Shown piece by piece: positions 26,728 to 34,591 of a stretch of DNA of 43,995 nt (position 1 is its first letter; every line of letters begins with the position of its first letter). The position numbers and the translations under genes are program-made. Under the pieces are notes generated by a model. That model was not told the origin of the DNA, did not search any database, and saw only the letters and a list, made by a program, of their open reading frames with translations. Source of the stretch: an uncultured Candidatus Saccharibacteria bacterium (GTDB lineage Bacteria; Patescibacteriota; Minisyncoccia; Phycocordibacterales; JABMNX01); NCBI GenBank assembly GCA_964625905.1, contig CAZVBS010000002.1, forward strand, positions 1 to 43,995, given 5' to 3'.

Positions 26728-27705
26728 TTATTTAGTTTCTTTTACATTAGTAGATGACTTTCTAGAACGGATTGCATCCCAAATGATAATTAACCCAATA
26801 ATTCCAGCGAACACTAACCACGGAGTATATCCACCAGCTCCAGGAGGAATACTCAGAGATACCTCAATTGCAGATGATTCTGCGATTCTTGGAAAAGCAG
26901 TCTCTAATCCTCTATTCCATGCTTGATGAATAATAGAGTCCTCAAACCATGCCATTCCAAATACTCCATAGTTGAATATAAATGCACCTAAACCAACCAT
27001 TACCCAAGCAACCCATCGTTTTACTTTTTCTTGATATTCACTTACTTTAGTCATTGCATTAATACCTAGAACAGCAAGTACCACTAGGAATAGAAGTGGA
27101 ACAACTCTACCAAGACCATGTAATGCACCTAAAGATGCGCCAATAGAAGGTTCTCCAATGGTTGCAACATAACCAAACAAAATATAAAACGCTGGATTTG
27201 GACATCCAACACCCGCGTTACCTAAAAAGAAACCTAGGAAAAAGCTACGAATGTAATCATTTTTCCCTTGCAAGGATTTCGGCATGATAGTTTGTTTGAA
27301 CGGAAGCTTAAACTTAATAAGACCAAGTTCAGAAATACCAAACAATAATGCCGCAATACCACCAATTAACAGCATTGCACTAACAATTTTATATAACGCA
27401 ACAAATCCACCAAGCCACCCTAGTACGATACCGTAGATAGTGAATGTAACAATGAGTCCAAAACCAAATGCAAGCGCCATTATAAAACCCTTACCAGCCT
27501 GTCTTGATAAAGCTAATGGCACAATTATAAACACAAGTGGAAATGTGCACGGTAAAACTATCATCGATAGTCCTGCAAGAAATGCTAGCGAATACCCAGG
27601 TATGAACTCTGACGAAGTCATAAAACTAAATATTCCAATGAGTATAACTGACAATAGAAAAAATGCCGAAAATACAAGCCAAATTTTTAATATATTTCCT
27701 TTCAT
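26728..27705 (-). CDS. CcdA/DsbD-family transmembrane thiol-disulfide electron transporter
   Basis: VLPCTFPLVFII and GVGCPNPAF are the two conserved Cys-Pro TM motifs of the DsbD core. About 8 TM segments. Confidence 0.75.
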   Translation of the reverse strand: MKGNILKIWLVFSAFFLLSVILIGIFSFMTSSEFIPGYSLAFLAGLSMIVLPCTFPLVFIIVPLALSRQAGKGFIMALAFGFGLIVTFTIYGIVLGWLGGFVALYKIVSAMLLIGGIAALLFGISELGLIKFKLPFKQTIMPKSLQGKNDYIRSFFLGFFLGNAGVGCPNPAFYILFGYVATIGEPSIGASLGALHGLGRVVPLLFLVVLAVLGINAMTKVSEYQEKVKRWVAWVMVGLGAFIFNYGVFGMAWFEDSIIHQAWNRGLETAFPRIAESSAIEVSLSIPPGAGGYTPWLVFAGIIGLIIIWDAIRSRKSSTNVKETK

Positions 27706-27734
27706 AAAATAATTTGTGAAAAACCTAACAAATC

Positions 27735-28199
27735 TTATTTAATAACATTAGCTACAAAAACAACTCTTACCTCAGGTGTCTCTGTTGAGTTTGTCTTTAA
27801 AAGAACTTCTCTCTTTATCTTTCCAACACCATTAGGGCCATGAGCAAGAGGATCAAATGTAGTTGTAAGAATCTTTTTTTTTCCAGCAGGTACAACAACC
27901 GTCTTTCCAGAACTCTCGTGCATACCAAACTCTAAACCATCTATCTCTCCTTCGGTGCACATACAGCTTGTTACACCAGACAAAATAACAACGTCTTCTG
28001 TTCCATTGTTTTCAAGTATGTATGTTGTACTAACTTTTCCATCAAATATATTTATGTCACCAAAATCATGAGATGATTCAATAATAGTAATTGCAGATGC
28101 TACTTCTACAAGACCTGAAATCTTGTCATCTGAAACATTAAAAGAAAAAAGTACTAATAAAACTAATAATATAGCTACACCTGTTATATATTTACTCAT
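27735..28199 (-). CDS. exported DUF1573 domain protein
   Basis: A signal anchor, then HDFGDINIFDGKVSTTYILENNGTEDVVILSGVTSCMCTEG, the DUF1573 pattern with a CxC. Confidence 0.7.
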   Translation of the reverse strand: MSKYITGVAILLVLLVLFSFNVSDDKISGLVEVASAITIIESSHDFGDINIFDGKVSTTYILENNGTEDVVILSGVTSCMCTEGEIDGLEFGMHESSGKTVVVPAGKKKILTTTFDPLAHGPNGVGKIKREVLLKTNSTETPEVRVVFVANVIK

Positions 28200-28231
28200 A
28201 TGTCTTTAAAATTATTTTAAAAATTAATTAA

Positions 28232-29089
28232 CTACTCTCCTTCTCTTATATCAACACTTATAACAACTTCTGCTTCTGTATTATTTCTATCATTTGTTTG
28301 AATAAATACAGTACGCTTAAATCTACCAACAGGTTCTTCGTGGAAATTTGGGTCAAAGACTACTGTTAATATAGCTTTACTATCAACCTCTATTTCTGTT
28401 TTTGATATTGTTGCAGTAGTACAACTACAACTTGTCATAATATCACCTATCTTTAATGTTTCTGTTCCTATATTTTCAACTTCAAATGTTTCCTCGACAG
28501 TACCGCCATATTGAGAGATAACTCCAAAATCATGAGAATCTTTACTCAATGAAATACGAGGTCCGTATGTAGAAGTATCTGATTTTGTTTCTTTAGTAAT
28601 GACACGTTCCACATATTCACCAGATTCAGTGAATGGATAATTATCTTCTTCGTAGTGGATAATCCCACCTGAAACACTTTTAATATTTGTATATCCAAGA
28701 GAATTCATTATGTTATAAGCAGTTTGACTTCTACCACCACTACGACAATAAATGATTATCTCTCTGTCTTTTGAATCTTTACCTAGTCCAATCTCTGCAA
28801 GTGTTTTCTCTGATAATTCCTGAACTGGCAGAAGTACAGCACCCTTCAAATGAATTTCTTCATACTCTTCTAGTGTTCGTACATCTAGCAAAACAAAGTC
28901 TTCATTATTTTTTATTTTATCGGCTACAATACCAGGATAAATTTCGTAACTTTCTACTACTTCATCTTTGTAATGTCCTTCATTAGTTTTCGTATTGTTG
29001 TTCATATTTGTAAATATAAAATACCCAGCTAAAACAATGATGGCTATTAAAATTATAATATTATTTATGTTTAAATGTTGTGATGTCAT
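28232..29089 (-). CDS. membrane-anchored rhodanese-DUF1573 fusion protein
   Basis: A TM helix, then a rhodanese domain with the active-site loop IYCRSGGRSQ, then HDFGVISQYGGTVEETFEVENIGTETLKIGDIMTSCSCTTA. Confidence 0.75.
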   Translation of the reverse strand: MTSQHLNINNIIILIAIIVLAGYFIFTNMNNNTKTNEGHYKDEVVESYEIYPGIVADKIKNNEDFVLLDVRTLEEYEEIHLKGAVLLPVQELSEKTLAEIGLGKDSKDREIIIYCRSGGRSQTAYNIMNSLGYTNIKSVSGGIIHYEEDNYPFTESGEYVERVITKETKSDTSTYGPRISLSKDSHDFGVISQYGGTVEETFEVENIGTETLKIGDIMTSCSCTTATISKTEIEVDSKAILTVVFDPNFHEEPVGRFKRTVFIQTNDRNNTEAEVVISVDIREGE

Positions 29090-29096
29090 TTTGTTT

Positions 29097-29366
29097 TTAT
29101 TTCTTTTTTGATAATTTATACACTAATAATATTTCATCTATTGCACGTTTATGCTTTCCTTCTTTTATTTGATCAATCACATGTGTAGATAAGTGATTTT
29201 CAAGCATCATATCTTCAATCGATGAAAGAGCATTTCGTACTGCAGACGTCTGTGTTATGACATCAACACAATATTCCTCCGTATCAATCATGTTACGAAG
29301 TCCTCTCACTTGCCCTTCAATTATTTTCAATCTTCGTTGTAGTTTTTTCTTTATTTCTTTTCTCAT
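29097..29366 (-). CDS. CsoR/RcnR-family metal-sensing transcriptional repressor
   Basis: LQRRLKIIEGQVRGLRNMIDTEEYCVDVITQTSAVRNAL..MLENHLSTHV. Start placed at Met8 (ATG 29366) so that the operator palindrome lies upstream of the coding region. Confidence 0.85.
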   Translation of the reverse strand: MRKEIKKKLQRRLKIIEGQVRGLRNMIDTEEYCVDVITQTSAVRNALSSIEDMMLENHLSTHVIDQIKEGKHKRAIDEILLVYKLSKKK

Positions 29367-29377
29367 ATTGGTGTATA

Positions 29378-29394
29378 ATACCCCCATAGGGTAT
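29378..29394. promoter_or_regulatory. CsoR-type operator (GC-tract inverted repeat) in a divergent promoter region
   Basis: ATACCC-ccata-GGGTAT lies 12 nt upstream of the csoR-like ATG and 62 nt upstream of the divergent ORF at 29457. Confidence 0.65.
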
Positions 29395-29456
29395 AAAGAG
29401 TCAACCCTTTTAATTGTAGAAAGGTAAATTTATTATAAAAATAATAGGAAAACATT

Positions 29457-29708
29457 ATGCAAAAATTAAATGCACGTGCTCTTGGATACGCTGGAGCATC
29501 TATATCGGTAGTATGTATGTTGTTTTTTGGAGTACTTGGCAACCTAGGCTTTTATACAGGCGCAATTGCTATGATGTCCGAGTGGCATGTATTTTTCTCG
29601 CTCTCAGTAGGAGGTATTATTGGTGGTATGATTGAAGCGGCAGTCTGGAGTTTTGCGATTCTCTGGGTTTTCGGTTGGCTATACAACAAATTCGTAACAA
29701 ATGAATAA
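29457..29708 (+). CDS. small membrane protein (83 aa, 2-3 TM)
   Basis: Hydrophobic Gly-rich ORF transcribed divergently from the operator. The next ORF starts 6 nt after it. Confidence 0.5.
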   Translation: MQKLNARALGYAGASISVVCMLFFGVLGNLGFYTGAIAMMSEWHVFFSLSVGGIIGGMIEAAVWSFAILWVFGWLYNKFVTNE

Positions 29709-29714
29709 AATAAT

Positions 29715-30098
29715 ATGAAATATGGATATACAAAGAAAGTACCACTTCCATTTGAGGAAGCGGTTATAAAAGTAAAAGAAGAACTTGAAACCGAAGGTTT
29801 TGGTGTACTCACCGAGATAGATGTTAAAGCAACAATGAAGAAGAAACTTAATGTTGATTATGACAACTACATTATTCTTGGAGCATGCAACCCACAGTTT
29901 GCACACAAAGCTCTTCAAGAAGAAAAAGAAATAGGACTATTGCTACCGTGTAATATCATAGTATACGAGGACAATTCCGACGTTTATGTTTCTGCTATTT
30001 TGCCATCTTCCGCTATGAGTATTGTAGAAAGTACAAAATTAGCTGAGATATCAAAAGATGTAGAAAAAAGTCTCAAATCAGTAATTGATTCCATTTAA
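29715..30098 (+). CDS. DUF302 domain protein
   Basis: FEEAVIKVKEELETEGFGVLTEIDVKATMKKKL.. ILGACNP.. LLPCNIIVYE is the typical DUF302 pattern. Confidence 0.7.
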   Translation: MKYGYTKKVPLPFEEAVIKVKEELETEGFGVLTEIDVKATMKKKLNVDYDNYIILGACNPQFAHKALQEEKEIGLLLPCNIIVYEDNSDVYVSAILPSSAMSIVESTKLAEISKDVEKSLKSVIDSI

Positions 30099-30142
30099 AG
30101 TACTCAATTGACTGAATAAATACCAATATAGAGATATAAAAT

Positions 30143-30176
30143 AAACGGCCAGAGCACTCTGGCTGTTTATTTTTTA
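30143..30176 (+). terminator. rho-independent terminator (GTAC/GCAC-centred hairpin family copy 2)
   Basis: aaacggccagagcactctggctgttt followed by attttttatt. Confidence 0.7.
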
Positions 30177-30343
30177 TTACAAGTAGATATATTCCTTTTA
30201 TTTACCACATATAGAAATATATCTAACTAAAATCAACCCTACTATAATTAATCTATAAAATACTATAAGGAAAATAAAACCCTGCCAAAAATATTCTTAA
30301 AAGAATATTTTCAGTAGGGTTTAGTTGTTCAACGTAAACGTCG

Positions 30344-30970
30344 TTATGATATCAAGACATCCTCGTGACCGACGACAGCACATTCACCAATGATATAGTC
30401 TTCCTTATCTTTATCAAAATATTTTTTGAGAGTCATCATGGCAAAATAAGAACTTGGTTTTATGCAACCTTCACCGTAGACCAAAAAGATGCAATGTAAT
30501 CTACCGCAATCACCACAATTCCTTTCAATATTATCTTCCTGATCAGGAATATTGGATACGACGCCTTTGCCGTAATGCTTTATCTTCGGAACAAATTTTA
30601 AGTCAGTTGCAAGAACTTCAAAACCTGTATCACTTATAGACGCACATACTTTACGTCCAGACATCAAAGAAAGAGACTGTGCTAAAGTCATACTGACACT
30701 TGTTGCACCTGATGCGCCAACAAGAAGATTTCTCTCACCACCACAAGAATCGTTTGTATAGTAGTGCAAGATGAAATCTGACGCCTTGTCTATTTTAAGA
30801 GAAAAGAATCCATCTCTGGATTCCATTCTACATGGAATTCCATTCATCTTCTCGAAGCTTTTCAGGATTTCTGATAAAATAGAAACGTTGTTGCTGTTGC
30901 TTCGAACGATCATACATTCTCGGTTTGTGTAACTTCCGTTAAAAACAAGAGTTCCGTTAAATGATGGCAT
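30344..30970 (-). CDS. hypothetical Cys-rich protein (208 aa)
   Basis: Intact ORF in the higher-GC segment, with a weak AAGGA upstream. A long imperfect palindrome plus T-run lies downstream (30266..30318). No motif recognised. Confidence 0.5.
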   Translation of the reverse strand: MPSFNGTLVFNGSYTNRECMIVRSNSNNVSILSEILKSFEKMNGIPCRMESRDGFFSLKIDKASDFILHYYTNDSCGGERNLLVGASGATSVSMTLAQSLSLMSGRKVCASISDTGFEVLATDLKFVPKIKHYGKGVVSNIPDQEDNIERNCGDCGRLHCIFLVYGEGCIKPSSYFAMMTLKKYFDKDKEDYIIGECAVVGHEDVLIS

Positions 30971-31070
30971 TGTTTTCTATCCTTTTTCTTTGTTTGATTA
31001 CGATGTACAAAATAAAACTGTATGAAAATTAACATACAAAATAGAATATGTCAATATTAATGAAATATAT

Positions 31071-31313
31071 CTACCCTATTAAAACTAATTTTTTATCTCT
31101 GGTCATTCTTTTTATTTCCGCTTCCCTACTCCTAGCTTCTGCGACGTCTCTAACTTTCTCTTTATAAACCAACACAACAGGACGACGTGCTTTTGTATAT
31201 TTAGCACCACACTTTAACTCATTATGTTCATGGAGTCTTTTTTCTAAATCTAAAGTTGAGCCAGTGTATAGTGTGCCGTCACCGCACTTTAAAATGTAAA
31301 CTGTGTATTTCAT
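31071..31313 (-). CDS. GIY-YIG nuclease superfamily protein (stand-alone, 80 aa)
   Basis: YTVYILKCGDGTLYTGSTLDLEKRLHEHN .. conserved R .. E. Confidence 0.75.
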   Translation of the reverse strand: MKYTVYILKCGDGTLYTGSTLDLEKRLHEHNELKCGAKYTKARRPVVLVYKEKVRDVAEARSREAEIKRMTRDKKLVLIG

Positions 31314-31378
31314 GAGTTAAATTGTAACAAAAAGAAAGACGACGCCAAGCACAGCTTGACGTCGTAATTTTCTAGCCT

Positions 31379-32460
31379 TTAGTCGACCATCTTCCATTCA
31401 ATTTCCTCACCGAGGAAAAACGGTTGGATTTGCCCTTCTTCATACCAGCTATTACGAGCTGTTTTAACACAAACAGTGATAAGACTCTCCTCCACCCAAG
31501 GTTCACGTCGCAAGGTAACCTTTTCTTTTGAAGGTTCGAACCCATAAAATCTAGGGCCATTAAGCGACATAAATGCCTCAAAATGTTCAAGGGCTCCTGC
31601 TTTGTCAAAAACAGTTGCATAGAGCTCAAGAGCAGAATATATACCACCTGGGCAACACTCAACCTCTTTCTTTCCTTTGAGGTGAGGAGCTGAGTCTGTG
31701 CCACAGAAAATGTTTGGCCTTCCAGAAATAACAGCATCGATCAAAGCAGTCCTGTTATCCTTTCGCTTTACAACAGGAAGGCAAAATAGATGCGGTCGCA
31801 AACCACCCCTAAACAAATCGTCTCGTGTAATCAAGAGATGGTGCGCTGTAACGGTCGCAGCGAGTTTCCCACTCGTGTCGTTTATCACATAATCAACCGC
31901 TTCTTTGGTTGTAATATGTTCAAACACAATACGTAAGTCAGGAAACGAATCACGAAGAGGCTTAAGGACCTTCTCGATAAAGACAGCTCACGATCAAACG
32001 GATCAACTTCGACACCGTCATCAAATACAACTTCGCCATGCATCAACAACGGCATCTCAAATTTTTCCATAGCTTTCAAGACGTCACCGATTTTATTGAT
32101 ATCAGTAACGCCATGTTCTGAGTTTGTCGTCGCGTTTGCAGGGTAAAGCTTTGCTGCAACCCACCTTTCATTATGTAATCCCCAAAGGAGCTCACCACGG
32201 TTTGCGTCGTCCGTAAGGTATGTCGTCATAAGTGGCTTAAAGGTACTACCTTCTGGAAGAGCAGACATGATTTCTGCTTTATACATATCTGCTTGTGGCG
32301 GAGTCGTAATCGGCGGTGTAAGATTTGGCATGATTATTGCAGAAGCAAATTGTCGCGCAGTATGCCCTATTACCGCTTTGAGAATATTCCCGTCTCGTAC
32401 ATGAAGATGTGCATCAAGTGGCTTAATAATTGACACTTCGTCAGTTTCCGATTCACTCAT
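31379..32460 (-). pseudogene. pyrC: dihydroorotase (E. coli-type class II) interrupted by a -1 frameshift
   Basis: The N-terminal ORF (31885..32460: LDAHLHVRDG, MPNLTPP, LYPANATTNSEHGV, LLMHGEV..DPFDRE) and the C-terminal ORF (31379..31927: FEHITTKEAVDYV, LRPHLFCLPVVKR, CGTDSAPH) are collinear with PyrC. Restoring one G at about 31986 (gag-gct) reads ..[31 protein letters not shown]. Confidence 0.8.
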
Positions 32461-32622
32461 TTTCCCGTCTCCTTATTTTCAGTGACTAATTAAACGTAAT
32501 GATAATGATCTTATAATCTAAAGCGAGTGTATCAAGATTCTATTTTGATAGCAAACGTTATAGAAAAATAAAAAATCGGCATCTCGCATGAAACGAGATG
32601 CCGACATAATACAACTTTTTTA

Positions 32623-33564
32623 TTAACCTTCGAGCATCTTAACAAGACGCCCGCCATCTTCAGGCCTCAAAAGCCTTTCCCAAAATTCTCCAGGGTTACC
32701 AGACCAATATGGCATGGAAGTGAGTTGTACAGCTTTTGCACCAGAGCCCAAGAAGTCAACAATGTCGTCTCCAGTAATTAAACCACCAACACCAATGACA
32801 TCAACTTCGACGTCAAGATGTTGACGAAATTGCACAACTTGACCCCAAGCAATTGGTTTCAAAGCTGGTCCCGATAGGCCCGCCAAACCATTGTTTGGAT
32901 AGATGTTCCCTGGGCCAGAATATGCGTTGGCAAATGTATTGCACGTAACAACCACATTGATAACGCCTTTATGCTCATTCACAAGAGTTGCAACTTCTTT
33001 GAGTAATCCAGGGTCCGAATATGGTGAGAACTTCACCCATACTGGTAGCGAGTTTGCAATTCGAGCCAACTCACAAAATAGATCGTCCAAAGACTCAATG
33101 TCAAATGACATAATCTTCCCATGTTCAGTGTTTGGACAACCAAAATTCAATTCAAAAGCTGAGATAATACGTTGAAGATTTTTAAAGACGGACACCCCTT
33201 GCAGATAATCTTCAACATTGAATCCAGCGATAGAAATTATAAGAGGGTTATATGCATTCTCTGATGGAAGTTGTTTTTCGACTTCAAAACCTTTGTTTGG
33301 CATCCCGTAAGAGTTTAAACCGAACCCAGCCTTTAAGAACTCCTCCTCTGTTTTAGGGTAAAAAAGTTCTCCTTCGTTACCATCGCGCCCAAGTGGAGTA
33401 AACGACCCCAGAACAACTGGTGCCACAAAAAGCCATTTAGCTTGCTCAAAAGATTTACAAGCCCCTGCTCCGACCATAACTGGAGAGTGAGGGAAACTAA
33501 CCCCACCAGCGTTGTTATAGCTAAAGTCATGAGATTTTCCTCTTCTTTCTATATCAAAGGACAA
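32623..33564 (-). CDS. pyrD: dihydroorotate dehydrogenase (class 1-like)
   Basis: VMVGAGACK, NFGCPNT, LSGPALKPIA and IGVGGLITGDD. The track start is TTG, so the true start is uncertain. A terminator lies at 32575..32610 (tcggcatctcg..cgagatgccga + T-run on the minus strand). Confidence 0.8.
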   Translation of the reverse strand: MSFDIERRGKSHDFSYNNAGGVSFPHSPVMVGAGACKSFEQAKWLFVAPVVLGSFTPLGRDGNEGELFYPKTEEEFLKAGFGLNSYGMPNKGFEVEKQLPSENAYNPLIISIAGFNVEDYLQGVSVFKNLQRIISAFELNFGCPNTEHGKIMSFDIESLDDLFCELARIANSLPVWVKFSPYSDPGLLKEVATLVNEHKGVINVVVTCNTFANAYSGPGNIYPNNGLAGLSGPALKPIAWGQVVQFRQHLDVEVDVIGVGGLITGDDIVDFLGSGAKAVQLTSMPYWSGNPGEFWERLLRPEDGGRLVKMLEG

Positions 33565-33645
33565 ATTAGTTTTTAAGCATATCTAGTCAAGAACTATACA
33601 TTTACTAAAATTATATAGCAACTAATCCTACTAATATGTCAAAAA

Positions 33646-33735
33646 TTAAACGGCTGGGGTACCCCAGCCGTTTAATTTTTTGTATTTTAATCTCTCCTTG
33701 GTTACTCTTGGAAATGGAGTGTCCGTGAAGTGAAT
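33646..33735. repeat. copy A of a roughly 90-100-nt direct repeat (GTAC hairpin + spacer + tccgtgaagtgaat)
   Basis: ttaaacggctggggtaccccagccgtttaa ... cttggtt ... tccgtgaagtgaat. Compare copy B at 35233..35330. Confidence 0.6.
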
Positions 33736-33751
33736 CTGAGATTCAACTCTT

Positions 33752-34000
33752 TTATAAAAGTCCTTCAAGTGAACTAGTATATGTATTTATGAATGACGGA
33801 ATTGCAAAAATAAGTCCTATAACAGGAAGTGCGACTGCAACAACTGTAACCCAAATAATGACAAGAAAATATTTGCGTATTTTTTCTACTGAAGTAAAAA
33901 TCGCATTTAGTTTTTCGTCCTGTTCTTCTAATTTATTTTGTATGTCTTGTTCCATATCAAGTATTTTATCATACTTTACTGACTGTCCGTGACGACGCAA
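33752..34000 (-). CDS. small membrane-anchored hypothetical protein
   Basis: Coiled N-terminal part and a C-terminal TM helix (YFLVIIWVTVVAVALPVIGLIFAI). Met16 at 33955 is an alternative start. Confidence 0.4.
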   Translation of the reverse strand: MRRHGQSVKYDKILDMEQDIQNKLEEQDEKLNAIFTSVEKIRKYFLVIIWVTVVAVALPVIGLIFAIPSFINTYTSSLEGLL

Positions 34001-34066
34001 GTTTGCGGTCTCCGGACATGATATTTTGCGAAATATCAGACACTGTGGCCGATTTTTCGTTGAAAT

Positions 34067-34408
34067 CTATTTTTCTGACCAGATAGCCATCTCATTACCA
34101 CCTGGATCGGTAAAATGAAAACGCCTACCGCCAGGAAACAAAAAAATATCTTTAGAAATAGTCCCACCGCCTCCTATGACATCTCTTTTTGCTGACTCTA
34201 GTTTTGTGTTGTAAATGACTATCAACGTTCCTCTTTGAGTAACTTCCTTAACTTTTCCAAAACATCCTTCGACGCCACTATTTGCAAAAGCAGTGTAATC
34301 CTTACCGTAGTCGGTAAATGTCCACCCAAAGACCGTAGAGTAAAATTGTTTTTTCTTTTCTAGGTCTATAGCGTATAGTTCTATGTATTGGATATGATTA
34401 TCTTTCAT
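34067..34408 (-). CDS. VOC (glyoxalase/bleomycin-resistance fold) family protein
   Basis: IQYIELYAIDLEKKKQFYSTVFGWTF .. FHFTDPGGNEMAIW. Confidence 0.7.
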   Translation of the reverse strand: MKDNHIQYIELYAIDLEKKKQFYSTVFGWTFTDYGKDYTAFANSGVEGCFGKVKEVTQRGTLIVIYNTKLESAKRDVIGGGGTISKDIFLFPGGRRFHFTDPGGNEMAIWSEK

Positions 34409-34591
34409 AACTTTATTTTAACAAGTTATTATTACTATACAATGTTGGGAATAAAATTTTAATAAAATATCATAATAAACTTATGACTTTAAGTTAAAAT
34501 CAACACATTTAGATGTTTATTAATGAAAAAATAAGTATACTTATTTACAATAATATAAATTACTAGATATATAGTGACTTAACTTAAATAT

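Noticed and set aside
27874-27882. T9/A9 homopolymer inside the DUF1573 gene, considered as a phase-variation switch.
   Set aside because: It encodes GKKK in frame in an A/T-rich genome where such runs are expected. Without population variation data this is not a supportable claim, so it is mentioned only inside the related finding.
29552-29918. Track ORFs 29552..29812(-) and 29679..29918(-).
   Set aside because: They lie antisense to the plus-strand membrane protein and DUF302 genes, which have recognisable features and a shared terminator.
31372-31737. Track ORF of 121 aa in an alternative frame of the pyrC 3' half.
   Set aside because: The overlapping frame (31379..31927) aligns with dihydroorotase and this one does not.
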